Position numbers and translations under genes: made by a program. From Candidatus Saccharimonadota bacterium (GTDB lineage Bacteria; Patescibacteriota; Saccharimonadia; Saccharimonadales; Saccharimonadaceae), in assembly GCA_017433245.1 (NCBI GenBank), contig JAFRHO010000005.1, positions 27,183 through 91,182 of the forward strand: a stretch of DNA of 64,000 nucleotides, written 5' to 3'. This document shows, in pieces, positions 1-9,468 of this stretch. The notes below the pieces were generated by a model, which worked only from the letters and a program-made list of their open reading frames with translations, was not told the DNA's origin and did not search any database. How positions within the stretch are numbered: position 1 is the first letter of the stretch; each line of letters starts with the position of its first letter.

Positions 1-975
1 GGCATTCGTCACAAAGAGATCGTCACCGACCAATTGGAGACGACCACCGAGGCGTTCGGTCATGATACGCCAATTAGCCCAGTCGTTTTCCGCGAGGCCA
101 TCCTCGATAGAAACCACCGGGTAATTATCGGCCATCCAGGTATACCAATTAATAAGGTCGTCAGCAGATTTCCAATCGCCGTTAGTCTTCAATACGTAAT
201 GATCCTTGTCGTAGAATTCTGAGGCGGCAATATCTAGCGCAATTGCCACGTCGGTACCTAATTGGTAACCAGCTTTCTCAATAGCGATTCTGATGCATTC
301 GAGCGGTTCGTTATTGCCTTCACGGACGCGAGGAGCATAGCCGCCTTCATCACCTACCGTGGTGGGGTAATCGCGTTCCTTTAAAACGTCCTTCAGGGCA
401 TGAAAGACCTCAGCACCTATGCGCACAGCGTCAGCGATATTACCGGCTCCGCGCGGAATAATCATATATTCCTGGAAATCCGTGGCCCAGGAGGCATGTT
501 CGCCACCATTCATCACGTTCATCATCGGCATCGGGATAGACATCTCGTCAGACGTGCCAGCGAGTTCGGCGACGTATTTGTAAAATGGAATTTTGCGAGC
601 GCGAGCGTTCGCCTTGGCATTAGCTAGAGAAACTGCAAGAATAGCGTTGGCACCGAGGTTGGATTTGTTGTCGGTACCGTCGAGGTCGAGCATAATGCGG
701 TCAACGTAATACGGGTCAGCGGAATTGTCGACGAGTACATCGGCGATTTTGGAGTTAACGTTCCAGACGGCCTTTAAGACGCCTTTACCGCCAAAATGGC
801 TTTTGTCACCGTCGCGTAGTTCCAGGGCTTCGCCAGAACCGGTCGAAGCGCCGGATGGCACGATGGCACGGCCGAAACCACCGTTTTCTAAAACCACTTC
901 GGCTTCTACAGTGGGGTTACCCCTTGAATCTAATACTTGTCTTGCTTTAATACTACTTATAATAAAATCATCCAT
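1..975 (-). CDS. eno: Enolase (C-terminal part runs off the window start)
   Basis: Minus-strand translation from CAT at 973-975 gives MDDFIISSIKARQVLDSRGNPTVEAEV...VPSGASTG...GANAILAVSLA...PMMNVMNGGEH...VGDEGGYAP, all enolase motifs; absent from the ORF track because it has no stop in the window. Confidence 0.97.
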   Translation of the reverse strand, partial: MDDFIISSIKARQVLDSRGNPTVEAEVVLENGGFGRAIVPSGASTGSGEALELRDGDKSHFGGKGVLKAVWNVNSKIADVLVDNSADPYYVDRIMLDLDGTDNKSNLGANAILAVSLANAKANARARKIPFYKYVAELAGTSDEMSIPMPMMNVMNGGEHASWATDFQEYMIIPRGAGNIADAVRIGAEVFHALKDVLKERDYPTTVGDEGGYAPRVREGNNEPLECIRIAIEKAGYQLGTDVAIALDIAASEFYDKDHYVLKTNGDWKSADDLINWYTWMADNYPVVSIEDGLAENDWANWRIMTERLGGRLQLVGDDLFVTNA

Positions 976-1050
976 GTCATAATTATATATCATTTTTAAA
1001 AAACTTGTGCTAAAATGATTTTAAGAGTTATTAATATAAGGAGTTATTTT

Positions 1051-2328
1051 ATGGATAACAATTCAGGGGAAACACCAAACCCCTTAAACCCAGGCGGTCA
1101 GTCGGCAGCACAACCAGCTGCGGCACCGAAGCCAAGCCCTACGCCTACTACACCGACAACAGAACCGGCAGCGCCAACTTCGGCACCAGTAGAATCATTA
1201 GATCCAACTGGTAGACCAATGGAACAAAACGTTGCGACCGCCGAGCCCGTCAAAAAATCAAAAGCAGGGATAATTGCAGCTATTGTTGCAGGCTGTGTAC
1301 TATTAATTGGCGGAATCATCGCAGCAATCATTATAATGATGGGGGCAAACAAGGGCGACGCCGTGGCTGCAGCTATGCAGAAAATTATGAATGGCGAGGC
1401 GCCGAAGAATGTTGCAATTGACGGCACAATTGATATTCTATTGAATAACGAAAATATTCCGTTCAAGCGCATTAATATTAACCTTGATTCTGATATTATG
1501 GTTGGTTCGATGATTAATACTTCGTCAGCGGTTCTAACTTTCACGGATAATAGCGACAATGATTATTCCGTCGAATTTGAAGAAGTCTATGCTGCAAATG
1601 ATGATTTGTATTTCAAGATTGAAGGTGCATCGGATGCGGTTAAAAACTCTGGGATATTAAACCTAATGGGCGGCGTTGATACCGATGATGAGGATACGGC
1701 CGCAGAACTTGATGCAGTCATAGGTTTAGTCAAGTCGGCAGAAGGCGTCTACCTCAGAATTTCATCAGACGAAATGAATGCGCTCAAACAACAATCAGTT
1801 GGTAATGAAAGTAGTATGAGCTGTGTAACTGATTTGGTAAGTAACCTCGACAAAAACACTAATAGCGCGATTCAACTTTACGGTAAGTATCCATTCATCG
1901 CATCTACTGATAAAAACATTCCGATTGCTAGCAAGCAGAATCCGATTTACCAAATATGGGTAGACAGCGAGCAATTCTATGGTTATGCAACCGAAATGCA
2001 AAACACCCAAATAGCGCAATCATTATATGAATGTATGGGACTAGAAGACAATGTCACAATCACTGAAGAAGATATTGAGGCATTCACCAGCAAGATGCCA
2101 AAGGTCTATGCAGAGGTAAATGCAGACAATAACTTCACGCGTTTATATTTTGAGTCGGACATCAGTAATGGAGCTGCAACTGCTACGGTTGACCTCGGTT
2201 TCAGCTACCCGACCAACATAAATGTCTCTGAGCCAGTTGAATACACGGATTTCTCTGAATTCTTGCAGACGATTTTCAAGAGTATGTATTCAGGTGAATC
2301 CGCCAACGTCGTGACTATAGATGAATAA
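1051..2328 (+). CDS. Hypothetical membrane-anchored protein (Pro/Thr/Ala-rich N-terminus, one TM helix, large acidic domain)
   Basis: ORF 1015-2328; SD AAGGAG precedes ATG 1051; hydrophobic stretch AGIIAAIVAGCVLLIGGIIAAIIIMM after KKSK. Confidence 0.8.
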   Translation: MDNNSGETPNPLNPGGQSAAQPAAAPKPSPTPTTPTTEPAAPTSAPVESLDPTGRPMEQNVATAEPVKKSKAGIIAAIVAGCVLLIGGIIAAIIIMMGANKGDAVAAAMQKIMNGEAPKNVAIDGTIDILLNNENIPFKRININLDSDIMVGSMINTSSAVLTFTDNSDNDYSVEFEEVYAANDDLYFKIEGASDAVKNSGILNLMGGVDTDDEDTAAELDAVIGLVKSAEGVYLRISSDEMNALKQQSVGNESSMSCVTDLVSNLDKNTNSAIQLYGKYPFIASTDKNIPIASKQNPIYQIWVDSEQFYGYATEMQNTQIAQSLYECMGLEDNVTITEEDIEAFTSKMPKVYAEVNADNNFTRLYFESDISNGAATATVDLGFSYPTNINVSEPVEYTDFSEFLQTIFKSMYSGESANVVTIDE

Positions 2329-2339
2329 CAGAGTATAAC

Positions 2340-2368
2340 TTGACAATTATACATAAGTGTGATATAAT
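2340..2368 (+). promoter_or_regulatory. Consensus sigma70 promoter of uvrC (leaderless)
   Basis: TTGACA 2340-2345, 17 nt, TGn-TATAAT 2363-2368, ATG 6 nt later at 2375. Confidence 0.85.
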
Positions 2369-2374
2369 TAAAAG

Positions 2375-3721
2375 ATGAATGAAGCGTTGAAACAAAAACT
2401 CAGTAAACTCCCGGTGGCTCCGGGGGTTTATTTTCATAAAAACACGGCGGGTGAAATTATTTATGTAGGCAAAGCTGCAGTACTAAGAAACCGTGTACGG
2501 CAGTATTTCCAAAAATCGCACAAAGACATCAAGACTGAAGCCTTAGTAGCTGAGATTGCTGACACGGATTGGATTGTGGTAGATACCGAGATGGATGCAT
2601 TGTTTCTGGAATCTGAAATGATCAAACGCTATATGCCAAAATGGAACATCTTACTGCGTGATGACAAAACCGTGTCGTATGTACGGGTATCGATGGGCGA
2701 CGAGGTGCCGTATGTGTCGTTCACAAGAACACCGATGGATGATAAAGCGGTGTACGTGGGGCCATTTTATGGTAAATCTGCGGTGGAGAAGGCAGTACGA
2801 ATTCTTAGGCGCGTTTTTCCATATTACAACAAGCCATATACAGGACGTAAGACTCTGGACACTGACCTGGGGCTGACTCCAGGGATTGAAATTGACAAAT
2901 GTACGCCACGCGATTACAAGCGAAACTTACGTAAACTAATTCGCTATCTGGAGGGTGACCGCGAGAAACTGATTCGCGATTTGGAAAAAACTATGAAGGA
3001 TGAGGCCGCAAAGGGGAATTATGAGTTAGCGGCGGAAGCGCGCGACCAATTATTTGGTTTAAAGGAATTAAAGAAGAAAATTGTGTTCTCAGACAAGGAA
3101 TTCTTGGATATTTCTTCCGATCAGGCCTTGAGGCAATTACAGGAGATACTAAGGTTAGCACAGCCGCCGCGTCGAATTGAAGGTTATGACATTTCACATC
3201 AGTCGGGAGAAAATACAGTAGGAAGTATGGTGGTATTTATTAATGGCGTAGCTGCACGAGACGAGTATCGCAAGTTCAAAATACGTACTTCGCGAAACGA
3301 TGATTTAAAAAGTATGAAGGAGATGATTTCGCGTCGACTCAAACACAGGGAATGGGATTTTCCGGATTTAATAATCCTAGATGGCGGCATTACACAAGTC
3401 AACGCGATTTTGCCCTTGGTGGAACCATACGGTATCCCAGTAATTGGTCGCGACAAATCGGGCGACCATACGCGCAACGCTGAGGTCAGGCTAGTAATTC
3501 CAAAAGTCCCAAATCGAGGTCATCCGGAGCCTGGCAAGGCGAGGTTAAGCGCCGAAACCCCTGTGGCGACAGGGGTTTCGGACGCGGGCCGAGATTGGGA
3601 GCTTTTGGAATTACCAGAAGGTTCTCATATTGCGCGGCTGGTCGCCCGGATTGACGAGGAAGCGCATCGGTTTGCAATTACGTACCATTCTTTACTCAAA
3701 AGAAAAAGTATGCTAAAATAA
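2375..3721 (+). CDS. uvrC: Excinuclease ABC subunit C (lacks C-terminal HhH2 domain)
   Basis: GIY-YIG motif PGVYFHKN..IIYVGKA..LRNRVRQYF, UVR motif YELAAEARD, RNase H-like RIEGYDISH, PDLIILDGG, IDEEAHRFAI. Confidence 0.96.
   Translation: MNEALKQKLSKLPVAPGVYFHKNTAGEIIYVGKAAVLRNRVRQYFQKSHKDIKTEALVAEIADTDWIVVDTEMDALFLESEMIKRYMPKWNILLRDDKTVSYVRVSMGDEVPYVSFTRTPMDDKAVYVGPFYGKSAVEKAVRILRRVFPYYNKPYTGRKTLDTDLGLTPGIEIDKCTPRDYKRNLRKLIRYLEGDREKLIRDLEKTMKDEAAKGNYELAAEARDQLFGLKELKKKIVFSDKEFLDISSDQALRQLQEILRLAQPPRRIEGYDISHQSGENTVGSMVVFINGVAARDEYRKFKIRTSRNDDLKSMKEMISRRLKHREWDFPDLIILDGGITQVNAILPLVEPYGIPVIGRDKSGDHTRNAEVRLVIPKVPNRGHPEPGKARLSAETPVATGVSDAGRDWELLELPEGSHIARLVARIDEEAHRFAITYHSLLKRKSMLK
3491..3617. 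repeat. Nested palindromic element in frame within uvrC
   Basis: Outer arms GTAATTCCAAAAG (3494-3506)/CTTTTGGAATTAC (3602-3614) continuing TCCCAA/TTGGGA; inner perfect 13-bp hairpin CCGAAACCCCTGT-GGCG-ACAGGGGTTTCGG (3552-3581). Confidence 0.8.
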
Positions 3722-3739
3722 GTGAAGATAGGAGATATT

Positions 3740-3967
3740 ATGCAAATCGGTAATTTTCTAGAAGTAGTAATATTTGTCTCAGCATTTCTCACGATTGTGT
3801 TGATTTTATTACAGCAAAGAGGTGCTTCACTTGGCGCAGGTTTCGGCAGTTCTGGGGAACTATATACCAAGAGGCGTGGCTTGGAAAAATCGATGTTTGT
3901 CACTACGATTGTTTTCGTAACGATTTTTGTTTCTTCAATTATAGGGATATTATTAATACCGGCATAA
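3740..3967 (+). CDS. secG: Preprotein translocase subunit SecG
   Basis: ILLQQRGASLGAGFGSS...RRGLEK motif with two TM helices; GGAG SD before ATG 3740. Confidence 0.93.
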   Translation: MQIGNFLEVVIFVSAFLTIVLILLQQRGASLGAGFGSSGELYTKRRGLEKSMFVTTIVFVTIFVSSIIGILLIPA

Positions 3968-3968
3968 T

Positions 3969-5705
3969 ATGGGTAACTCATTACAAAAGCGTGGGCAAAA
4001 ATTCATCCGAAAGTTTTCTCGTGCTACCACGAAGGCAAGCGAAGAGAGCAAAGAACACATCAAAGAGAATTTTTTTGGTCGCTGGAAGCACATTAGTGAT
4101 ATTAAGCTGTTGGTCTTAGAATGGTGCTTATTGATATCTGCTCTTATACTATTGGCGGTAGCGCAGACGTTCTGGTTTGCCGATTCGTATTCGCAGGATG
4201 TTTTTTCAAATGGCGGCAATTACATTGAGGCGACGCTGGGAGATGTGAACTCAATGAATCCTTTATTTGCCACGACAAATAGCGAAAAAGCACTCAGTCG
4301 ACTGATGTTTGGGACGCTGGTGACAGTAGATTATTCTGGGCATTCCAATATCGGGCTTGCAAGTGCTGTGACACCGAATGAAGATGGCAAAATTTGGACT
4401 GTGAAACTACGCGATGGTTTGACTTGGTCTGACGGTGAGCCAATTACTAATGATGACGTTCTGTATACAGCGGAGCTAATCCGTAATCCACGAGTATCAT
4501 CTATATATGATGCTAATCTATCAAACGTCAAGGTATCAGTCAATGAAAGCAATGAGATTGTCTTTACTTTACCGACAGCTTATGCGGATTTTATGTCGGC
4601 ATTGAATTTTCCGATTGTACCAAAACATATCTTGGCAGAAAACGACCCAGAAACTTTGATTGAAAATAGTTTTTCAACTGCACCAGTAACTTCGGGTGCG
4701 TTTTCTTTTAATGCATCGCAGGGTACTTCAAAAGCAGATGAACAGGTGATTTATTTGTCGGCTAATCCAGATTATTATAAGGGAAGGCCATTACTTAATA
4801 GTTTCGCGATTCATACTTATGAAAATAAAGAAGCGGTGGTTTCCGCCCTCAACGCCGGTACAGTAACCGCGACAGCAGAATTGACGGAGGCTGATCGAGA
4901 TTTGGTGGGCGCTGGCCAATTCTTAGAGAAGAACTCCAGTCTGAGTTCTGGTGCCTTTATCTTCTTTAACACTAAAAACGCGTTCGTAAAAAGTAAAGCA
5001 GTGCGAGCGGCGATTCGACAGGGAATCGATATAGCAAAACTACGTGAATTGGCGCCAGACACAGTGTCTCTAAACTACCCATTATTAACTTCACAGATTA
5101 AATTAACGGCTTATCCAGAGATACCGGGGCGAGACTTCGAGACAGCTAAGGCCAAGATTAGCGAAACGATGGGTGAGGAGTCAGTGACTTTGAATATCGC
5201 AACAGTTAACTCTGGTTATTTACCAGCTGTAACCAATGAGCTCGCTGAGCAATTAAAAAGTCTAGGGCTTAATGTTAATGTGTCGATTTATGAGGAGAAC
5301 CAGGAATTTATCACTAACATTATCTCAATGAGGGGCTACGATATTCTAGTGTATGAAGTAGAACTCGGGGCAGATCCCGATTTGCTCCCGTATTATCATT
5401 CTTCCCAAACTTCAAGTGGTGGGTTAAATCTTTCGAACTACCGTAATGCCTTGGTGGATGATTTGCTGCTTGGTGCGCGGGATACCCTCGACCAGGAACT
5501 ACGTGTGAAAAAATACGAGAGCTTCCTGGAATCCTGGATGGAAGATGTACCAGCAATTGGTTTATATCAACCAAACCTGACATACTATTATAATAAGAAC
5601 GTGCGCACCTTCAGCGATGGAGTAAAACTCGTGACTGCACTGGACAGGTTTTCGGATATCACAAATTGGGCGGTAACAAAAACTACCAAAAATAAAACTC
5701 CTTAA
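3969..5705 (+). CDS. ABC transporter substrate-binding protein, family 5 (peptide/nickel type), TM-anchored
   Basis: SMNPLFA, WTVKLRDGLTWSDGEPITNDDVLYT, PVTSGAF, VRAAIRQGID, YHSSQ..GLNLSNY motifs. Confidence 0.9.
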   Translation: MGNSLQKRGQKFIRKFSRATTKASEESKEHIKENFFGRWKHISDIKLLVLEWCLLISALILLAVAQTFWFADSYSQDVFSNGGNYIEATLGDVNSMNPLFATTNSEKALSRLMFGTLVTVDYSGHSNIGLASAVTPNEDGKIWTVKLRDGLTWSDGEPITNDDVLYTAELIRNPRVSSIYDANLSNVKVSVNESNEIVFTLPTAYADFMSALNFPIVPKHILAENDPETLIENSFSTAPVTSGAFSFNASQGTSKADEQVIYLSANPDYYKGRPLLNSFAIHTYENKEAVVSALNAGTVTATAELTEADRDLVGAGQFLEKNSSLSSGAFIFFNTKNAFVKSKAVRAAIRQGIDIAKLRELAPDTVSLNYPLLTSQIKLTAYPEIPGRDFETAKAKISETMGEESVTLNIATVNSGYLPAVTNELAEQLKSLGLNVNVSIYEENQEFITNIISMRGYDILVYEVELGADPDLLPYYHSSQTSSGGLNLSNYRNALVDDLLLGARDTLDQELRVKKYESFLESWMEDVPAIGLYQPNLTYYYNKNVRTFSDGVKLVTALDRFSDITNWAVTKTTKNKTP

Positions 5706-5735
5706 AAACTCAATTTTGTGTTATAATATATGCAT

Positions 5736-5826
5736 GCGCGCGTGGTGGAATTGGTAGACACGCTACCTTGAGGTGGTAGTGGCCACAATCACGGCTGTGC
5801 TGGTTCAAGTCCAGTCGCGCGCACCA
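5736..5826 (+). tRNA. tRNA-Leu(GAG)
   Basis: Acceptor GCGCGCG/CGCGCGC-A-CCA, D-loop GGAATTGGTAGAC, anticodon arm CTACC-TTGAGGT-GGTAG, long variable arm, T-loop GGTTCAAGTCC; TGnTATAAT just upstream. Confidence 0.97.
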
Positions 5827-5886
5827 TTTATTTGAATTGCAAAAAGTATGTGATATAATTGTTATAGTAAGTAAGTGGAGGAATAA

Positions 5887-6909
5887 ATGAAGAAAAAGCT
5901 AAGTTTCAGGAGTTTAATATTATGTTTGTCAATCATACTGTTAACTGGAATTATCGTACCATTTAGCGTACACGCCGAAGGTGAAGAGGCCGCAGAGGAA
6001 GAATATAGCCAGGCACCAAGTGGTGGCACTAGTATCAGCCTAATGCCAGTGAGTAAGGTACTGCAGATTTCACCAAGTTCCGAGTACGAAGATATAATGA
6101 CCGTGAATAATGACGGCAATGAAGAGATTGATATTGAAGTATTTGCTGCTCCATATGCTTACGTATATTCCGAAGATGAACAGATGTATAAACTAGGTTT
6201 TAACACCGAGACCAACTTTACCCAGATTACGCGTTGGATTTCTTTCAAAAAGAACGACGGTAGCTGGGGAAACAAGGCTCAGTTTAAGATTCCAGCACAT
6301 GATAAGCTAGAAGTCAAATACAGAATTTCAACCCCTGGTAAGATTCCATCAGGCGGTCAGTATGCAGTAATATTTGCACATACTTTGACTGGTGTAGTGT
6401 CTGCTAGCGGTATTAGGACTGAGGCAAGTCCTGGCATGGTGTTGTTTGGACGTTCGTCGGAAGGCGGTATCGAGACTGTCGCTAAAATTAGCAGCATGGA
6501 TGCACAGTATGGCCCTCACGGTGATGATACCCAGAAGAGTTATTTCTATGGTTCCGCAAAAGTTAAAAACGATGGCAACATCGACTTTAACGCGGTTGGG
6601 ACACTGAAGGTTGATCCAATTATCGGTTTTGGCAGTTATGAAACCCCTCAAAGCCAGGGTAGAGTATCGGTAATCCCAGAATCTGAGTTGGAAGTGAGTG
6701 ATAAGTGGGAAGATTCGCCGTCTTTTGGTTTATACAAGGTGACTTGGACCGTCAAAGCTGGTGAAGAGACAGAGACAATCGAAACGTTAGTATTCGTGAA
6801 CCCCATTCTAGCAATACTTTTTGTAATAATAGTCTTGACAATTATAACCATATGGACTATAATGATAGTCAGGAGACGTAAAGCCCGCAATTCTAGGTTG
6901 GCAGTCTAG
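5887..6909 (+). CDS. DUF916/WxL-interacting-protein-like surface protein with signal peptide and C-terminal TM plus basic tail
   Basis: SISLMP..., TVNNDGN, WISF, PSGGQYAVIF, VKNDGNID, VIPESE, GLYKV patterns typical of DUF916/DUF3324 beta-sandwich proteins; family call by eye. Confidence 0.65.
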   Translation: MKKKLSFRSLILCLSIILLTGIIVPFSVHAEGEEAAEEEYSQAPSGGTSISLMPVSKVLQISPSSEYEDIMTVNNDGNEEIDIEVFAAPYAYVYSEDEQMYKLGFNTETNFTQITRWISFKKNDGSWGNKAQFKIPAHDKLEVKYRISTPGKIPSGGQYAVIFAHTLTGVVSASGIRTEASPGMVLFGRSSEGGIETVAKISSMDAQYGPHGDDTQKSYFYGSAKVKNDGNIDFNAVGTLKVDPIIGFGSYETPQSQGRVSVIPESELEVSDKWEDSPSFGLYKVTWTVKAGEETETIETLVFVNPILAILFVIIVLTIITIWTIMIVRRRKARNSRLAV

Positions 6910-6984
6910 ATGCGATTAACCGTTGCGAGCGGTTAAGCTTTACAAAACCAAAACAAATATTAAACATAAACAAGAGTGTAGAGT

Positions 6985-7941
6985 ATGAAAAAGACACATA
7001 AAAAAATCTTAGGTCTTTTCGGACTTGTCTTCGTGGTTGCAATGACTGTTTTTGCAACCTTTTTGCCGAGTCCTGAGGCCTCAGCTTTATCAACCGTGAC
7101 GGATCATATCACTGTGGTGGTGATAGGAAGTGAACCGTCAGCAAGCATCAGTAATCCTGATTCAGGAGATAAGTTCTTAACTCCGGATCAAATTATTGAT
7201 ATAGAATATAATAATATTAAAAGTTATAAAATCATTTTGACGTATACCGACGAGGATGGAAATGAGACTACTGCCACCATCATTGAGAATAATACGCCCG
7301 CAGAACACGGTCCAGACAGTTACAATTTTAGATCAATTGCGGAAACGTATGGATATGGTACGTATGTATTTAGGTTAGAGGCGGTAGGCAATGATGATTC
7401 GGCTTTGGGAGATGCGGTCGAATTTGAGTATGTAGCGATTGAGGCGGATTCGTCATCAGAAAGTGAATCCGGCAATCCGTATGTGGATTTGGATTTTGAC
7501 GAAGATCAGGATAGTTTGACGGAAGATTTAAAGATTGATCAGGTGGTAATTACGGTGTACGATAAGGATGGAAACCCAGTAGAAGATATGCCACCGATTG
7601 TGGTAAAGCCACCAGTTGGGCAAGTTGAAATTCCATTTGATGATTACGGAATCCCTGCCGGTGAATATATCTTGGTGGTACAACCGTTTAACGTTGCTGG
7701 TGATAAGTTATTTGAAACAGTAGCTGTTACAGTAGAATATGATGGGAAAAAGGTTGAGCCAGCACCGGAGGAAGAGGATATTGTGGTACCATCAACAGCA
7801 GATACTGGTGGATTGTTTAAGAATTTGAATATTTCGAAGTCGGACTATTTGATAACTGGACTTGGCTTATTCTTAATAGTTGGGATTAGTAGTATTGTAT
7901 TTATCAGTAAACATAATCGGTCAAGTAAGCGTCGTAAATAG
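6985..7941 (+). CDS. Secreted acidic Ig-like surface protein with C-terminal VPST(AD)TG motif, TM helix and basic tail
   Basis: Signal peptide ending ASA; C-terminus IVVPSTADTGG...YLITGLGLFLIVGISSIVFISKHNRSSKRRK. Confidence 0.75.
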   Translation: MKKTHKKILGLFGLVFVVAMTVFATFLPSPEASALSTVTDHITVVVIGSEPSASISNPDSGDKFLTPDQIIDIEYNNIKSYKIILTYTDEDGNETTATIIENNTPAEHGPDSYNFRSIAETYGYGTYVFRLEAVGNDDSALGDAVEFEYVAIEADSSSESESGNPYVDLDFDEDQDSLTEDLKIDQVVITVYDKDGNPVEDMPPIVVKPPVGQVEIPFDDYGIPAGEYILVVQPFNVAGDKLFETVAVTVEYDGKKVEPAPEEEDIVVPSTADTGGLFKNLNISKSDYLITGLGLFLIVGISSIVFISKHNRSSKRRK

Positions 7942-7958
7942 TAATTAAAACTCTGCAC

Positions 7959-8001
7959 AAAAAATCGGTCACCCGTATAACTGCGAGGGGTGACCGATTT
8001 T
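7959..8001. terminator. Intrinsic terminator hairpin after the 6985-7941 gene (possibly bidirectional)
   Basis: AAAATCGGTCACCC (7961-7974)/GGGTGACCGATTTT (7988-8001). Confidence 0.75.
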
Positions 8002-8006
8002 ATAGT

Positions 8007-8038
8007 TTGGGGTTTCTTTTCGGAAAAAGAAACCCCAA
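8007..8038. repeat. Perfect 14-bp palindrome without a U-tract
   Basis: TTGGGGTTTCTTTT-CGGA-AAAAGAAACCCCAA. Confidence 0.7.
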
Positions 8039-8055
8039 CAAAGAAAACCATCAAG

Positions 8056-8091
8056 AAAAATGAGTTGGGAGTGAATTCCAACTCATTTTTT
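8056..8091. terminator. Bidirectional terminator ending rpsB-tsf
   Basis: AAAAATGAGTTGG...CCAACTCATTTTT. Confidence 0.8.
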
Positions 8092-8103
8092 ACTTATGAC
8101 TAA

Positions 8104-8694
8104 TTATTCTGTAACCCCTAACTCTATACGCTTGAATTGGCGAATAGTGATGTTTTCGCCAGTTTTCGCGATGGCTTCCTTAATGAACTGCTCGACAGTC
8201 TTGGTGTCATCCAAGATGTAAGGTTGATTCATTAGAACCTTGTCAGAGAAAGCTTTCTTGACTTGGCCTTCGAGGATTTTCTCCTTCATGTTCTCGGGGC
8301 CTTTGAAGTTGGCTTCAAGTTCTTTGATTTTAGCTTTACGGTCGGCTTCTGGAATATCAGCTTCCGAGACGTAAAGTGGGTTCATCGATGCAATCTGCAT
8401 AGCGATTTGGTGAGCGAGAGTTTTAAATTCGTCGGTCTTGGCTACGAATGAAGTCTCACAGTTGACCTCGACGATAGCACCGAGGCGACCATCATGGATG
8501 TAGGCTTCAATGAGACCTTCACGGGTCTCACGATCACCACGTTTCTCAGCCTTAGTGAGGCCTTTTTTGCGCATTGCTTCAAGGGCTTTGTCAAAATCAC
8601 CTTTGGCTTCGACGAGAGCCTTCTTCGCGTCGGTAAGCCCAGCGCCAGAGAGCTCCTTTAGTTTCTTGATTTGTTCGACTGTTACTTCAGCCAT
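8104..8694 (-). CDS. tsf: Elongation factor Ts (short form)
   Basis: IKKLKELSGAGLTDAKKAL, EGLIEAYIH, VEVNCETSFVA; SD AAGGAGG. Confidence 0.97.
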   Translation of the reverse strand: MAEVTVEQIKKLKELSGAGLTDAKKALVEAKGDFDKALEAMRKKGLTKAEKRGDRETREGLIEAYIHDGRLGAIVEVNCETSFVAKTDEFKTLAHQIAMQIASMNPLYVSEADIPEADRKAKIKELEANFKGPENMKEKILEGQVKKAFSDKVLMNQPYILDDTKTVEQFIKEAIAKTGENITIRQFKRIELGVTE

Positions 8695-8761
8695 TTTTGC
8701 CTCCTTATTTTATAGATAGTTAAATTAAGTTTATGTAATAAACGATGCTTATTCACGGTGA

Positions 8762-9448
8762 TTATTTCTTACCTTCTTTAATAGCAGCGACGAAGTAATC
8801 AAGAAAAAGCTGGGTAGCTTTCACGGAATCGTCGTTACCTGGGATTACATAGTCAATATCAGACGGGTCAACATTAGTATCGGTAACCGCGATGACTGGA
8901 ATGTGAAGAACATTGGCTTCCTTTACGGCGTTCTTATCTTCCATAGCATCCACTACAATGATAGCGGCTGGTTGGTCAGTCATATCCTTGATACCGCCAT
9001 AGCGCTCGTTTAGTAAATCAATCTCTTCCTGGAAGCGCTGAACCTCGAGCTTGGAATAGCGATTCTCAAGTTCACCTGAAGCCATGCGGCGCTCCAAATC
9101 TTTTAGTTTCTTAATTTGGCGGTTGACTGTATCAACATTGGTTAGAGTCCCGCCGACCCAACGCACGGTGACGTAAGGCATCTCGACTGACTCGGCGGCA
9201 GCTTTCACGATATCCTTGTGCTGCTTCTTGGTACCGACAAAGAGCACTTTCTTGCCAGACTTCACTATTTCAGTGAGCTTGGGCAAAGCCACTTCGAGAC
9301 CTTCGATAGTTTTCTCCAAGTTGATAATATGGGATTCACCGCGTTTGCTGTGAATGTACGGTGCCATCTTAGGATGCCACCGGCTGGTCTTGTGTCCAAA
9401 GTGGGCACCGCTTTCCAGCAGAGCTTTCATATCGACATCTACTGCCAT
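8762..9448 (-). CDS. rpsB: 30S ribosomal protein S2
   Basis: LLESGAHFGHKTSRWHPKMAPYI, RWVGGTLTN, IPGNDDS. Confidence 0.98.
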   Translation of the reverse strand: MAVDVDMKALLESGAHFGHKTSRWHPKMAPYIHSKRGESHIINLEKTIEGLEVALPKLTEIVKSGKKVLFVGTKKQHKDIVKAAAESVEMPYVTVRWVGGTLTNVDTVNRQIKKLKDLERRMASGELENRYSKLEVQRFQEEIDLLNERYGGIKDMTDQPAAIIVVDAMEDKNAVKEANVLHIPVIAVTDTNVDPSDIDYVIPGNDDSVKATQLFLDYFVAAIKEGKK

Positions 9449-9468
9449 ATATGATTTCCTTTCTCTTT

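Noticed and set aside
34-982. Plus-strand ORFs 34-222, 400-627, 725-982 and the many other short ORFs antisense to long genes
   Set aside because: They are shadows of real genes on the opposite strand or frame (here eno) and have no recognisable motifs or start signals.
2375-3721. uvrC as a pseudogene because the HhH domain is missing
   Set aside because: Both nuclease domains are intact, it has a consensus promoter and ends cleanly before secG.
3969-5705. Orphan peptide-binding protein without permease genes as a novel system
   Set aside because: Permeases may lie elsewhere in the genome; nothing in this window supports more than an ordinary annotation.
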